The position numbers and the translations under genes were made by a program. Below the pieces are notes generated by a model. The model was not told the origin of the DNA. It did not search any database and was given only the letters and a program-made list of their open reading frames with translations. 64,000 nucleotides of DNA, from the NCBI GenBank assembly GCA_009776375.1, contig WRNW01000001.1, forward strand, positions 34,600 through 98,599. Direction: 5' to 3'. The first letter of the stretch is position 1; each line of letters begins with the position of its first letter. Source of the DNA: Candidatus Saccharimonadota bacterium. GTDB taxonomy: Bacteria; Patescibacteriota; Saccharimonadia; Saccharimonadales; Saccharimonadaceae. Positions 1 through 8,496 of the stretch are shown in pieces.

Positions 1-437
1 AGGTCGATCAACGAATAATCCCCGTGGTGCGTTAATTTCCCCGCGTCATCCTCTAGGTGGGCATGGTTGATTCTGACCCTCTCGCCGTTCGGCAAATCAA
101 CATATCCTGCTAAGATTATTGGATAGAACATCTGCGACAGTTGATACCCCCGCGGTAAATCTGGATAAAAATAATGTTTGCGATCGAAACTACTGACCTT
201 GGCGATTTTCGAATTCAAAGCTTTACCTGCCCGCGCTGCTAGCCGCACCGCTTCGTGATTGAGATACGGTAACATCCCCGGCAGAGCATAATCGCCAGCG
301 CTAATTTTGCTGTTCGGCTCGGCTTCGCGCGCATCGTTATCAACGCCGCCAAACAATTTCGTCTTGGTCGCCAGCTGGACGTGACATTCAATCCCAATCG
401 TCGGTAAATATTTATCGCGGGTTTCCTTACTGATCAT
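1..437 (-). CDS. gatB: Asp/Glu-tRNA amidotransferase subunit B, N-terminal part (gene continues past left edge)
   Basis: Not in ORF track (no stop in window). Reverse strand from ATG 437 reads MISKETRDKYLPTIGIECHVQLATKTKLF...FDRKHYFYPDLPRGYQLSQ, a GatB N-terminal signature. AAGGAG at 444-449; ATGA overlap with upstream stop. Confidence 0.85.
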   Translation of the reverse strand, partial: MISKETRDKYLPTIGIECHVQLATKTKLFGGVDNDAREAEPNSKISAGDYALPGMLPYLNHEAVRLAARAGKALNSKIAKVSSFDRKHYFYPDLPRGYQLSQMFYPIILAGYVDLPNGERVRINHAHLEDDAGKLTHHGDYSLID

Positions 438-988
438 TCTGCTCTCCTTATAATATCAAGTATTAACGGAAATTCTGTATAGCCAGATTCTGCGTTCAAA
501 TGCCCGCCGTTTTTTATGATATCCAAATCAACATGCAGGTTGCGCGCGATTTCCTGTGCTTGTTCGATCGGTACATACGGGTCATTATCACCGTGCAGTA
601 CGAAAAATTGCTTGGCACCGCGGTGGATTTTTTCCCAATCGAATTTTTTATCATAAAAAGGTTTATTCCATTCGTCATATTGTGGATCACCAATAGTGCG
701 GATATATCCACCAACCAAAATGGCTTGACGGACTGGTTGTTTTAGCGATTCCAGCACGCTTAATAAATAGGCTGCTCCCGTACTATGTCCGATTAAAATC
801 GTGTTTTCGTCAAACTCTGGCATGGATTTACGCAAAACTTTGTTCCAACTTTCGATATTCTGCCCCTCTGGGGTTGGAAATTGTGGTACGAGAACTTCGT
901 GGCCTTTGGCCTCTAATTCGTGTTTTAGCCACGGAAACCAACCTTCCTTTGGATCACCGTTGGTGCCGTGGATTATGACAACTTTCAT
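434..988 (-). CDS. alpha/beta serine hydrolase, YdeN/RBBP9-like
   Basis: MKVVIIHGTNGDP..., LIGHSTGA nucleophile elbow, HGDNDPYVP, GGH. Start moved to ATG 988 (ATGA overlap with upstream stop); the track ORF to 1042 reads through a junction repeat. Confidence 0.7.
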   Translation of the reverse strand: MKVVIIHGTNGDPKEGWFPWLKHELEAKGHEVLVPQFPTPEGQNIESWNKVLRKSMPEFDENTILIGHSTGAAYLLSVLESLKQPVRQAILVGGYIRTIGDPQYDEWNKPFYDKKFDWEKIHRGAKQFFVLHGDNDPYVPIEQAQEIARNLHVDLDIIKNGGHLNAESGYTEFPLILDIIRRAE

Positions 989-1030
989 ATCGCCCCCAAT
1001 TCTTTCAATGATTTTTTGTAGATCGCTAGC
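984..1030 (-). repeat. 47-bp gene-junction repeat, copy A
   Basis: TTCATAT...TCTTTCAATGATTTTTTGTAGATCGCTAGC; the last 33 nt match copy B with 1 mismatch. Confidence 0.8.
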
Positions 1031-1146
1031 TGAACATGACATTCAATCCCAATGGTTGGTAAATATCTACGAACCAAGTATTTTTTAACATCGTCCGAAA
1101 TCTCACTGCCATGTTTGCCAGCGGAATCTAAACCGTCGTTCATCAT
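985..1146 (-). pseudogene. 5' remnant of a second gatB allele fused to a 13-aa tail
   Basis: MMNDGLDSAGKHGSEISDDVKKYLVRRYLPTIGIECHVQL, then AIYKKSLKELGAI-stop. YLPTIGIECHVQL duplicates the live gatB N-terminus at 378-420 (about 36/45 nt identical, differences mostly synonymous). ATGA-coupled to the Nudix gene. Confidence 0.7.
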
Positions 1147-1598
1147 TTTAACTCCTTCACCAATTGCACCAGCCAATCTTCATATTCGCCCGCCAAGATT
1201 TTCGCGAGTGGTGCCCATTCATACTCGCTCAACTCATCGCCGTTTCGTGAAATATCAATCGGCGTTTTTTCGTCCAATTCACCGACAAAGTACAAATCAA
1301 TTTTCCCGACATTTTTAAGATATTCGTATTTTGCCAAATTTTCCGGTGTCAGTTTTTTCGCGAGACTTTCGTACGGGTAATATTTTTCGGCCTTTTTCAG
1401 CGTTAATTCTCCCTGAAAATTTATCCCCAATTCTTCGCGGATTTCACGCCGTGCTGCTTCAATCGGTTGCTCGTCATTTTCCAAATGTCCGCCTGGTGCC
1501 GTCCAAAACCCTTTGGCGCTGCGAAGTAAAATGATTTTATCTCGCAAAAGATTTAACAGAATCGCTTTCGCGCTAACTTGAAAAAGTTCGTGATCCAT
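1143..1598 (-). CDS. NUDIX hydrolase
   Basis: Nudix box GGHLENDEQPIEAARREIREELGI. Confidence 0.85.
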   Translation of the reverse strand: MDHELFQVSAKAILLNLLRDKIILLRSAKGFWTAPGGHLENDEQPIEAARREIREELGINFQGELTLKKAEKYYPYESLAKKLTPENLAKYEYLKNVGKIDLYFVGELDEKTPIDISRNGDELSEYEWAPLAKILAGEYEDWLVQLVKELK

Positions 1599-1679
1599 TA
1601 TATCGCCCCCAATCTTCTACTCAACAAAAGAGGTGCGTAGGGTTGGAACATACTGCCCCGGCTACACACCATTGCGGAC

Positions 1680-1688
1680 ATTGTAGCA
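1680..1688 (-). promoter_or_regulatory. extended -10 promoter (TGCTACAAT) for the Nudix/gatB' unit
   Basis: Reverse complement reads TGCTACAAT; ~80-nt leader. Confidence 0.5.
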
Positions 1689-1746
1689 AATACATTTCGC
1701 AAAGTCAAATATCCTCGCAAAATTCGCGTATATTTCGCAACGACGT

Positions 1747-2148
1747 TCATTTCCGCTCTCCAATTTTAACAACTTTGCGATCGTGCGTGACTTGCCATAA
1801 AATTTTAATGGATTTATTCGCCACAAAATATTTTTTCAACCATTCGGTCAATTTCTTATCAGGAAAGTTCTTCATACGTTGCGAGTCGATTACGATATTC
1901 TGCGCTTGTCGATTTGCTTTCTTTAAATTCTTTTCAATTTGCGTTATTTTGTTGGTAATTGGCGATTTTATTTCAAAAATCATACCGTCAATCAAAACAT
2001 CGGCACTTTTTTTACCATCAATTCTACTCGCAATGATAAATTCGACCGTATAACCAGAATTCGCTAACGCACGTGCTGTTCGTCGCTCGTGATCACGAAT
2101 ATTCGCACGCGGGTCCTCAATAATTTTGCCTGGTTTTGGCTTTTTCAT
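1747..2148 (-). CDS. small basic protein with PD-(D/E)xK-like nuclease core (possible toxin-type nuclease)
   Basis: ADVLIDG...FEIKSP gives a D...ExK arrangement. Family assignment rests on pattern recall only. Overlaps upstream gene by ATGA. Confidence 0.35.
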   Translation of the reverse strand: MKKPKPGKIIEDPRANIRDHERRTARALANSGYTVEFIIASRIDGKKSADVLIDGMIFEIKSPITNKITQIEKNLKKANRQAQNIVIDSQRMKNFPDKKLTEWLKKYFVANKSIKILWQVTHDRKVVKIGERK

Positions 2149-2190
2149 ATTGCTCCTAGCTCTTTTAATGATTTTTTGTAGATCGCTAGC
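2144..2190 (-). repeat. 47-bp gene-junction repeat, copy B
   Basis: TTCATAT...TCTTTTAATGATTTTTTGTAGATCGCTAGC; encodes the tail AIYKKSLKELGAI plus an ATGA start. Confidence 0.8.
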
Positions 2191-2564
2191 GCTCGGCGCA
2201 CGCTGGTGGTATTGATTTTGGCGTCGGTTTTGCGAGCAATTTGGTCACGCAGTTTGTGGGCAGTCAATACGATGTTCGGATTACTCAATTTATTTTTGGC
2301 ATTTTTTAATCGGTCGATCATTGTCTCGCCAGCCAGCCCCAATTCGTGCAGTGCCTGCTCGAGCAATTTATCCGCCGCTAGGACAGCAAATTGGTAGGTC
2401 GCAGTATTGTTTTTGTCTAAACCGTTTTCGATTTCCAACCAACGCACGCGATATTTTTCTTGGTCAAGCAATCCTTTCCGTCCACGTGTCAAGATAATGA
2501 TAACCACCAAAATCACGCCTATGATGGCGGCAACTGTGATCATGATGATGAGCGACAAATTCAT
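2145..2564 (-). CDS. membrane-anchored hypothetical protein
   Basis: One N-terminal TM helix (IIMITVAAIIGVILVVIIIL) followed by a helical soluble domain. The C-terminal AIYKKSLKELGAI tail is repeated at 985-1030. Confidence 0.5.
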   Translation of the reverse strand: MNLSLIIMITVAAIIGVILVVIIILTRGRKGLLDQEKYRVRWLEIENGLDKNNTATYQFAVLAADKLLEQALHELGLAGETMIDRLKNAKNKLSNPNIVLTAHKLRDQIARKTDAKINTTSVRRALAIYKKSLKELGAI

Positions 2565-3715
2565 TGTTCGATTCCCCTGGCGAAGTTTAGTAGTTTTGTG
2601 TCAGATTTCATCGGCCCGATGATCTGTATGCCGTTTGGTAGGATCATGGCGGGCAACCCAGCCAGGCTAGCCATCATGCTCGCCTCGGTCGAATCAGCCG
2701 AACAAACCAAGCAATCATATCGATCAAATAATTTGTCCAGTTCACTAATCAACATCGTTCGCGCCTTCATAGCCTGCATATAATATTTCTCGAAATTCTC
2801 GGACGATAGCACATAAAAGCCAGTCAAAATATATTGTTTCATTTCGTCGCTAAAAATCTCGGCCCGTGAACGGCTATAGATCTCAGACAGAGTTTTCGCA
2901 TCTGCACGTTTACCATACCTGATCCCGTCGTATTGCATAAAGTTCGAGCTAACTTCCGCTGGCATTAGCGTCCAATAGATCGACTGAGCATATTTCGCCA
3001 TATTGAGCGAAATCTCACTAACTGAACATTTCACCTCTGTTAATTTTTTCCTTAATTGATTCGCGGTTTTTCCTTCACCGCCCACAAATTCTCTAATCAC
3101 ACCAATTTTAGATGTTGTGTTTTTTACAACATTGTCAAAATTAAAATCTTCTTTATTAAGCAAAGTACTGTCACGATCATCCGGGCCAGCCATAATTTGA
3201 CAAGCCGATTCGATGTCGGCGATCGAACTCGCGATCACGCCAATCGTGTCCATACTACTGGTCATAGTTGCTACGCCGTAGCGGCTAATCATACCATAGG
3301 TCGGTTTATAACCAATCACACCCCCGCTCGCCGCTGATTGTAGAACCGAACCGCCAGTATCAACGCCTAGTGCAAATTTTGTTGCACCATGCACGACTGA
3401 ATCAACTAACGTGTCATCGCGAGCGTAGCGTGGCGATCCAGGTTTATTGCTGGATTGCTTCGTCGTTTCACTCCTCGCAATGACCGTGTGGTGTGCCCCC
3501 CGTAATGACTTAATGTTTGCGTCAACCAAAACCGCGCCATCGGCCAGCAGCCGATCGACCGCCGTCGCCTGCACCGGCGAAACGAAATTTTCCATAATTT
3601 TGCCCGTCGCGGCGCTCTCGCGGCCTAGAGCTAAAATACGCCCGTCAATCGCGAACGATACACCGATCAGATGATTGACGTTTTTATTTTTAGCGTTTTT
3701 TGGAGGTTGGCTCAT
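2561..3715 (-). CDS. gatA: amidase-signature protein, divergent and short GatA-like subunit
   Basis: GVDTGGSVLQSAA, GYKPTYGMISRYG, SSMDTIGV and C-terminal LAGLPAMILP match the GatA/amidase fold, and it lies between gatC and gatB. Only 384 aa, with a degenerate signature (see findings). Confidence 0.6.
   Translation of the reverse strand: MSQPPKNAKNKNVNHLIGVSFAIDGRILALGRESAATGKIMENFVSPVQATAVDRLLADGAVLVDANIKSLRGAHHTVIARSETTKQSSNKPGSPRYARDDTLVDSVVHGATKFALGVDTGGSVLQSAASGGVIGYKPTYGMISRYGVATMTSSMDTIGVIASSIADIESACQIMAGPDDRDSTLLNKEDFNFDNVVKNTTSKIGVIREFVGGEGKTANQLRKKLTEVKCSVSEISLNMAKYAQSIYWTLMPAEVSSNFMQYDGIRYGKRADAKTLSEIYSRSRAEIFSDEMKQYILTGFYVLSSENFEKYYMQAMKARTMLISELDKLFDRYDCLVCSADSTEASMMASLAGLPAMILPNGIQIIGPMKSDTKLLNFARGIEQ
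3413..3484 (-). repeat. palindromic in-frame element, family A (72 bp) in gatA-like gene
   Basis: GTCATCGCGAG...GATCCAGG...CTGGATTGC...CTCGCAATGAC; translated VIARSETTKQSSNKPGSPRYARDD. Confidence 0.8.
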
Positions 3716-4379
3716 CTATAATCCCCTTTACAATATCGATCATTTCTTGTCTGGCAGTATCCTTGAAATTATGGTCAGAACGGATTTCAATTAGTTTCAC
3801 ATCGTCCGCAAGGCCGCTATAATCTTGCTCGTCGACGACTTCGTCCTCGGTAGCCACGAGAATCGTTAGCTTGGTCAACTTTGCCAGTTCATTACACAGC
3901 GGTGTGAGATCTGGTATTTTATTGTAACTCCGCCAATAATCTGCGCCGATGATTGTGGTGGTACCGTCGCGACGCGGGATGGTCGCCATATCGTCTGTGA
4001 CGACCGCGCCCGGCCGATGTTCGAGATAGTAGCGAACTTTGTCACCAGAGTTCAATATCTGGAGCGGCGGTGCCAAGAGGATCGTCCGGCGCGCGTCGAG
4101 CTGGGCCATCGCCGCGATGGTGCCACCCTGGGAATGGGTGATAATGTCGATGATCGCGGTCGGGTTGTCCTGTTTGGCTTGATTAAAAATATCCGTCAAC
4201 ATTTTAGCCTGCTCGTCCAGCGGCGTAACGGTCACCGTCTTTTTCGCTTTGTCGATTTTGTTGTAATCAAAGATGATATGCTCAGCGGCCGGAAACTGCG
4301 CCGCGATCTCGGTGAACATTCCGCGATTGTCCGCTCTGACGCCGAAACCGTGCGAATAAATGATGATGTGGTTGCTCAT
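3690..4379 (-). CDS. alpha/beta hydrolase
   Basis: IIIYSHGFG and THSQGG (GxSxG-type elbow). Inserted between gatC and gatA. Confidence 0.6.
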   Translation of the reverse strand: MSNHIIIYSHGFGVRADNRGMFTEIAAQFPAAEHIIFDYNKIDKAKKTVTVTPLDEQAKMLTDIFNQAKQDNPTAIIDIITHSQGGTIAAMAQLDARRTILLAPPLQILNSGDKVRYYLEHRPGAVVTDDMATIPRRDGTTTIIGADYWRSYNKIPDLTPLCNELAKLTKLTILVATEDEVVDEQDYSGLADDVKLIEIRSDHNFKDTARQEMIDIVKGIIDEPTSKKR

Positions 4380-4681
4380 TATAATACCTTGGGTACCTTT
4401 ACTTGATTATTCTTAGAATCAGGAGCCAGCGCGAGTAATTTCTCACGCGGCAACTGCGGTTCGATGATATCGTTGCGCCAGACGCTAGTTAGACCTGTCA
4501 CCTGGCAAGTTGGTTCGACACCACTAGTATCAAGGTCCTGTAGTTTGTCAATCGATCCGATGATTTTGTTGAGATCGCCAACTAGCAATGTCAATTCTTC
4601 GTCACTGACGGTAATACTGGCCAGACTCGCTAAATGTTCCACGGTCGTTTGGTCAACCCCAAGAGGATTTCTCGCATTCAT
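4379..4681 (-). CDS. gatC: Asp/Glu-tRNA amidotransferase subunit C
   Basis: LASLASITVSDEELTLLVGDLNKIIGSIDKLQDLDTSGVEP, a typical GatC pattern; about 100 aa. Confidence 0.8.
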   Translation of the reverse strand: MNARNPLGVDQTTVEHLASLASITVSDEELTLLVGDLNKIIGSIDKLQDLDTSGVEPTCQVTGLTSVWRNDIIEPQLPREKLLALAPDSKNNQVKVPKVL

Positions 4682-4688
4682 AACAATG

Positions 4689-4694
4689 ATTTTA
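4689..4694 (-). promoter_or_regulatory. -10 box TAAAAT, 7 nt from the gatC ATG
   Basis: No TG extension; spacing fits the leaderless pattern. Confidence 0.35.
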
Positions 4695-4833
4695 CTACGA
4701 AATGAGAAAAAAGAAAACTATTTGTACGGAACTTTCTTGCGCACCATGCAACATATGCTTATAAAATCAAGTCTAGCATTCGCCCGCTATTTGACATATA
4801 ATCTCCTTACAAAGTAATAAAGGAGGAGTTATT

Positions 4834-5433
4834 ATGGGAGATGAACCGGTTTTGGACAAAACCAAAAATCATAAAAAGCCCCAGTCATTTATCGTGGCAG
4901 CCAACGCGTTTTCGGTGGTTTACGCTGTGCAGGCGGGTGCTTGGGCCCTGATCTTGGCCATTCAGGCGTTGGCCACGGGCGGCCTCAGTGGCGGGACGAT
5001 GGCTCTCGAACCGCTCCAGCTCGGCATTTCGGCTGTGGCGTTTGGGGTAATTGCCTTTTTGACGGCGAGTAAAATCACTGATCAAGACATGGTCAAGAAA
5101 GCCTACGGCGTAGCCAAGAAAATCCTGCTCGCCGAGCTGGTTTTGATGGCTTCATATTTGGTTGGCCTGGTGCTTTACGCTCTGTTCGCAGTCGGCTCCG
5201 ACTATGTGTCGCAACAAACTCTCTGGCTCGACAGATTCCTGCCACTGCTCGGTCTAGCGGTGGTGACAGCTGGTTTGCTCATGGCGGTCAAGAAAATCAA
5301 GTGCGGCATGAAGGAACTGTTGCCGATTATGACCTACATTATTTTCGGCGTAGCCGGGATTGCTCTGCTGCTAACGATTATTGCCACCTTTGTTGGTCTG
5401 TACGGTCACGGCTGCACGGGTTATTACTGTTAG
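4834..5433 (+). CDS. polytopic membrane protein, unknown function
   Basis: 5-6 hydrophobic helices; AAAGGAGG upstream of ATG; terminator at 5457-5490. Confidence 0.55.
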   Translation: MGDEPVLDKTKNHKKPQSFIVAANAFSVVYAVQAGAWALILAIQALATGGLSGGTMALEPLQLGISAVAFGVIAFLTASKITDQDMVKKAYGVAKKILLAELVLMASYLVGLVLYALFAVGSDYVSQQTLWLDRFLPLLGLAVVTAGLLMAVKKIKCGMKELLPIMTYIIFGVAGIALLLTIIATFVGLYGHGCTGYYC

Positions 5434-5456
5434 TAAAATAAATATTTTATAATCAG

Positions 5457-5490
5457 CCGCGCCGAGATGCGAATTTTGGCGCGGTTTTTG
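5457..5490 (+). terminator. intrinsic terminator
   Basis: CCGCGCC...GGCGCGG stem followed by TTTTT. Confidence 0.7.
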
Positions 5491-5571
5491 GTTTGTTGTA
5501 CGTTCGGCGACAACTTGTTTTTTACCCTAATAGTTATTTGACTTATGCTTGGGAATTTTGTAGCTATAATG

Positions 5572-5577
5572 TAGAAT
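5572..5577 (+). promoter_or_regulatory. -10 box TAGAAT, 6 nt from ATG 5584
   Basis: A TATAAT at 5565-5570 is an alternative. Confidence 0.35.
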
Positions 5578-5583
5578 ACCCCT

Positions 5584-6471
5584 ATGGGGAGAGTTTTTTC
5601 GGCCGAACAAATCCAACGCGGTATGTATCCTTCGCTCGATGATTTTGCAATCGCAAAACAAATATTCGCTGGCAGTGTAGCCGCAGGTGTGGAGTTGGGT
5701 CTTTTTTACGGCGGTGAAATATATGGTTCGGTAGCGGTTGGTACTCAAACTGTTCGTAGTGATATGGACGTTTTAATCTTACTAACGAGCGGAGGTGGTC
5801 AATGGCGTTCTGCGGCGCTACGTATTTTGAAGACTATAGATCGTATGACTGATGGCCGTGTCCTGGTTGATAGTCCTCTAGTCGAACCAGCTAGTTTTAC
5901 TCTATCAGGAGATCATGAACTTGATCAATTTTTCATAGAGACGCTTATTGGTCCTGATCGTATAACAGTTGGTCGTGACCCTGCTAGATACATACTAGCA
6001 AATGGTGCACTTCCTCGTGATGTTTTATATTCTTACATTATCCAAAAAAATCGTAGGCTGCGCGATGCTTATAATAGTCCAGACTCGGATATCGGGTATT
6101 ATAACGGCTTGCAGCGTCAATTAGAATTACCCGTAGCTATGGCGCGCAAAGCCCTGCAAGCATTAGGTGCAGCCGGTGTTTACCCCACTGAAAAATTTTC
6201 AGCTGTTAATAAACCAGCTGTTATAGAACTCGGTCGCAAATTATTTAGTAGTCGCGAATTATCTAGTGAATATAATCTGGTTGAAACTTTCGATAAATTG
6301 GTCAAGATGGACGAATACTATAGCTTTGTGCTAGATGAATTTATTAAGGGCAGAATCGATATTCCAGAATATAATAAAAGCCTAACCGAAATGCACGCGT
6401 ATTTACCAACCACCATTCAGTGGATTAAAGCTGTTCAAGCAGCAATTATTCCCCTTTTTGAGTCCAAATAA
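5584..6471 (+). CDS. Pol-beta-type nucleotidyltransferase domain protein
   Basis: YGSVAVGTQTVRSDMDVLI matches the G[SG]-x(9-13)-DxD motif; helical C-terminal domain. Confidence 0.55.
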   Translation: MGRVFSAEQIQRGMYPSLDDFAIAKQIFAGSVAAGVELGLFYGGEIYGSVAVGTQTVRSDMDVLILLTSGGGQWRSAALRILKTIDRMTDGRVLVDSPLVEPASFTLSGDHELDQFFIETLIGPDRITVGRDPARYILANGALPRDVLYSYIIQKNRRLRDAYNSPDSDIGYYNGLQRQLELPVAMARKALQALGAAGVYPTEKFSAVNKPAVIELGRKLFSSRELSSEYNLVETFDKLVKMDEYYSFVLDEFIKGRIDIPEYNKSLTEMHAYLPTTIQWIKAVQAAIIPLFESK

Positions 6472-6483
6472 ATCTCTGTTTAT

Positions 6484-8448
6484 CTATAATTTGTTTTTGA
6501 TTTCACTAATTAGATCACGCAGTTCAGCGGCTTTTTCAAATTCGAGGTTGGCGGCGGCAAATTCCATTTTGGTGGTGAGGTCGTCGATGAGGTCCTTGTA
6601 TTCTTCGCGCGGGATTTTCTTGAGATCGAGTTTCGGTTTGGTTTCTTTTAGCGGGACGATGGCGCGGAGACCTTCGTCAATGGCTTTGGCGATCGATTGT
6701 GGAGTAATGCCATGATCCTGATTATATTTATCCTGAATTTTGCGGCGACGATTGGTTTCATCGATGGCACGCCGCATCGAGCCGGTCATCGTGTCAGCAT
6801 ACATTATCACTGTGCCATCGATATGCCGAGCAGCGCGACCAATCGTTTGGATGAGCGATTGCTCGGAGCGTAAGAATCCTTCCTTGTCGGCGTCGATGAT
6901 CGCGACTAAGGAAACTTCCGGCAGATCCAAACCCTCGCGGAGTAGATTGATCCCGACCAAAACGTCGTAAACGCCGGTGCGCAAATCGCGCAGAATGTCC
7001 GACCGCTCGAGTGTGTCGACGTCGCTGTGGATGTAGGCGACTTTGATGTCGAGCTCCTGGAGAAAGGCGGTCAGATCCTCCGCCATGCGTTTGGTTAGTG
7101 TCGTGATTAGCACACGTTGGTGTTTCGCCACGCGTTCGCGAATTTCGGCGATGACGTTGTCAATTTGATGCTCGGACGGACGAACTTCGATTTTCGGATC
7201 GAGCAGTCCAGTCGGACGGATCACCTGTTCGGCTGGTTTTGGCGAGTGTTGTAGCTCATATTCCGCTGGCGTCGCCGAAACGAAAATGACTTGGTTGACG
7301 TGATTTTCAAATTCGTCGAACCTGAGTGGTCGATTGTCGAGCGCGCTCGGCAATCTAAATCCATATTCGACCAGAACTTCTTTTCGCGCGCGATCGCCGT
7401 TATACATGCCGCGGACTTGGGGGATTGTCATGTGACTTTCGTCAATAAACATTAAAAAATCATCCGGAAAATAATCGAGCAGTGTCGCCGGTTGTTCGCC
7501 AGGTTCGCGATCGGTCAAATAGCGCGAATAATTTTCGATGCCTTTGACAAAACCAGTTTGTTCCAACATTTCGAGATCAAATTTCGTCCGTTGGGATAAA
7601 CGTTGCGCCTCGAGATATTTTTGATGCTTTTCAAAGTAATCTAGCCGCTCGGCGAATTCTTCCTTGATTTTGGAAATCGCTAATTTGACCCGTTCTTGCG
7701 GCGTGACGTAGTGCGAAGTCGGGAAAATCTTAATCGTATCCGGTTGCGCCAGGATTTCGCCAGTCAATGGATCAATCTCCAAAATTCGTTCGATATCATC
7801 GTCGAAAAATTCCAAACGATAAGCCGTTTCGCGTCCCGCCGGCAAAATATCGATCGTATCACCGCGCACCCTGAAATTGCCGCGCGCAAAATCCATGTCG
7901 TTGCGATGATATTGAATATCGTTCAAATGACGAACGAATTTGTCCTGTTTATATTTTTGCCCTTTCGTCGCGGTGATCGACATTTCGGCGTAATCGGCCG
8001 GCGAGCCGATGCCGTAAATACAACTCACACTAGCCACGATGATCGTGTCAGATCGGGTCAATAGCGCCGCCGTTGCCGAGTGGCGCAAACGATCAATTTC
8101 CTCGTTGATTCGACTGTCCTTTTCGATATAAGTATCCGACGACGCGATGTAGGCCTCGGGTTGATAATAATCGAAATAGGATACGAAATAATGTACCTCG
8201 TTCTTGGGAAAAAATTGCTTGAACTCACTAAAAAGCTGCGCCGCCAGAGTTTTATTGTGCGCAAGAACGAGCGTTGGTTTCTGTGCCTGGGCGATAATAT
8301 TCGCCATCGTGAAAGTCTTGCCCGACCCCGTCACCCCGAGCAGAGTTTGAAATTTTTCACCATCATTCAATCCCCCAACCAGCTGGCTGATCGCTGTTGG
8401 CTGGTCGCCAGTTGGCTTGAACTTAGTATGAAGGTGAAACTTTGTCAT
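6484..8448 (-). CDS. uvrB: excinuclease ABC subunit B
   Basis: [10 protein letters not shown] Walker A, FIDESH box, helicase motifs, C-terminal UVR motif ([10 protein letters not shown]). Start moved to ATG 8448 because the -10 box lies inside the longer ORF. Confidence 0.95.
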   Translation of the reverse strand: MTKFHLHTKFKPTGDQPTAISQLVGGLNDGEKFQTLLGVTGSGKTFTMANIIAQAQKPTLVLAHNKTLAAQLFSEFKQFFPKNEVHYFVSYFDYYQPEAYIASSDTYIEKDSRINEEIDRLRHSATAALLTRSDTIIVASVSCIYGIGSPADYAEMSITATKGQKYKQDKFVRHLNDIQYHRNDMDFARGNFRVRGDTIDILPAGRETAYRLEFFDDDIERILEIDPLTGEILAQPDTIKIFPTSHYVTPQERVKLAISKIKEEFAERLDYFEKHQKYLEAQRLSQRTKFDLEMLEQTGFVKGIENYSRYLTDREPGEQPATLLDYFPDDFLMFIDESHMTIPQVRGMYNGDRARKEVLVEYGFRLPSALDNRPLRFDEFENHVNQVIFVSATPAEYELQHSPKPAEQVIRPTGLLDPKIEVRPSEHQIDNVIAEIRERVAKHQRVLITTLTKRMAEDLTAFLQELDIKVAYIHSDVDTLERSDILRDLRTGVYDVLVGINLLREGLDLPEVSLVAIIDADKEGFLRSEQSLIQTIGRAARHIDGTVIMYADTMTGSMRRAIDETNRRRKIQDKYNQDHGITPQSIAKAIDEGLRAIVPLKETKPKLDLKKIPREEYKDLIDDLTTKMEFAAANLEFEKAAELRDLISEIKNKL

Positions 8449-8454
8449 CTTTTC

Positions 8455-8463
8455 ATTGTAGCA
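8455..8463 (-). promoter_or_regulatory. extended -10 TGCTACAAT, 6 nt from the uvrB ATG (leaderless)
   Basis: Read from sequence. Confidence 0.6.
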
Positions 8464-8496
8464 CAAAATCAGACATGACGTTTGTCAAAATATCAA

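Noticed and set aside
8449-8466. The MCYNEK extension of uvrB, and the similar MCYNDF extension of the kinase at 9493-9510.
   Set aside because: The shared MCYN peptide is just the translation of the TGCTACAAT/TGCTATAAT -10 box, so the real starts are 8448 and 9492.
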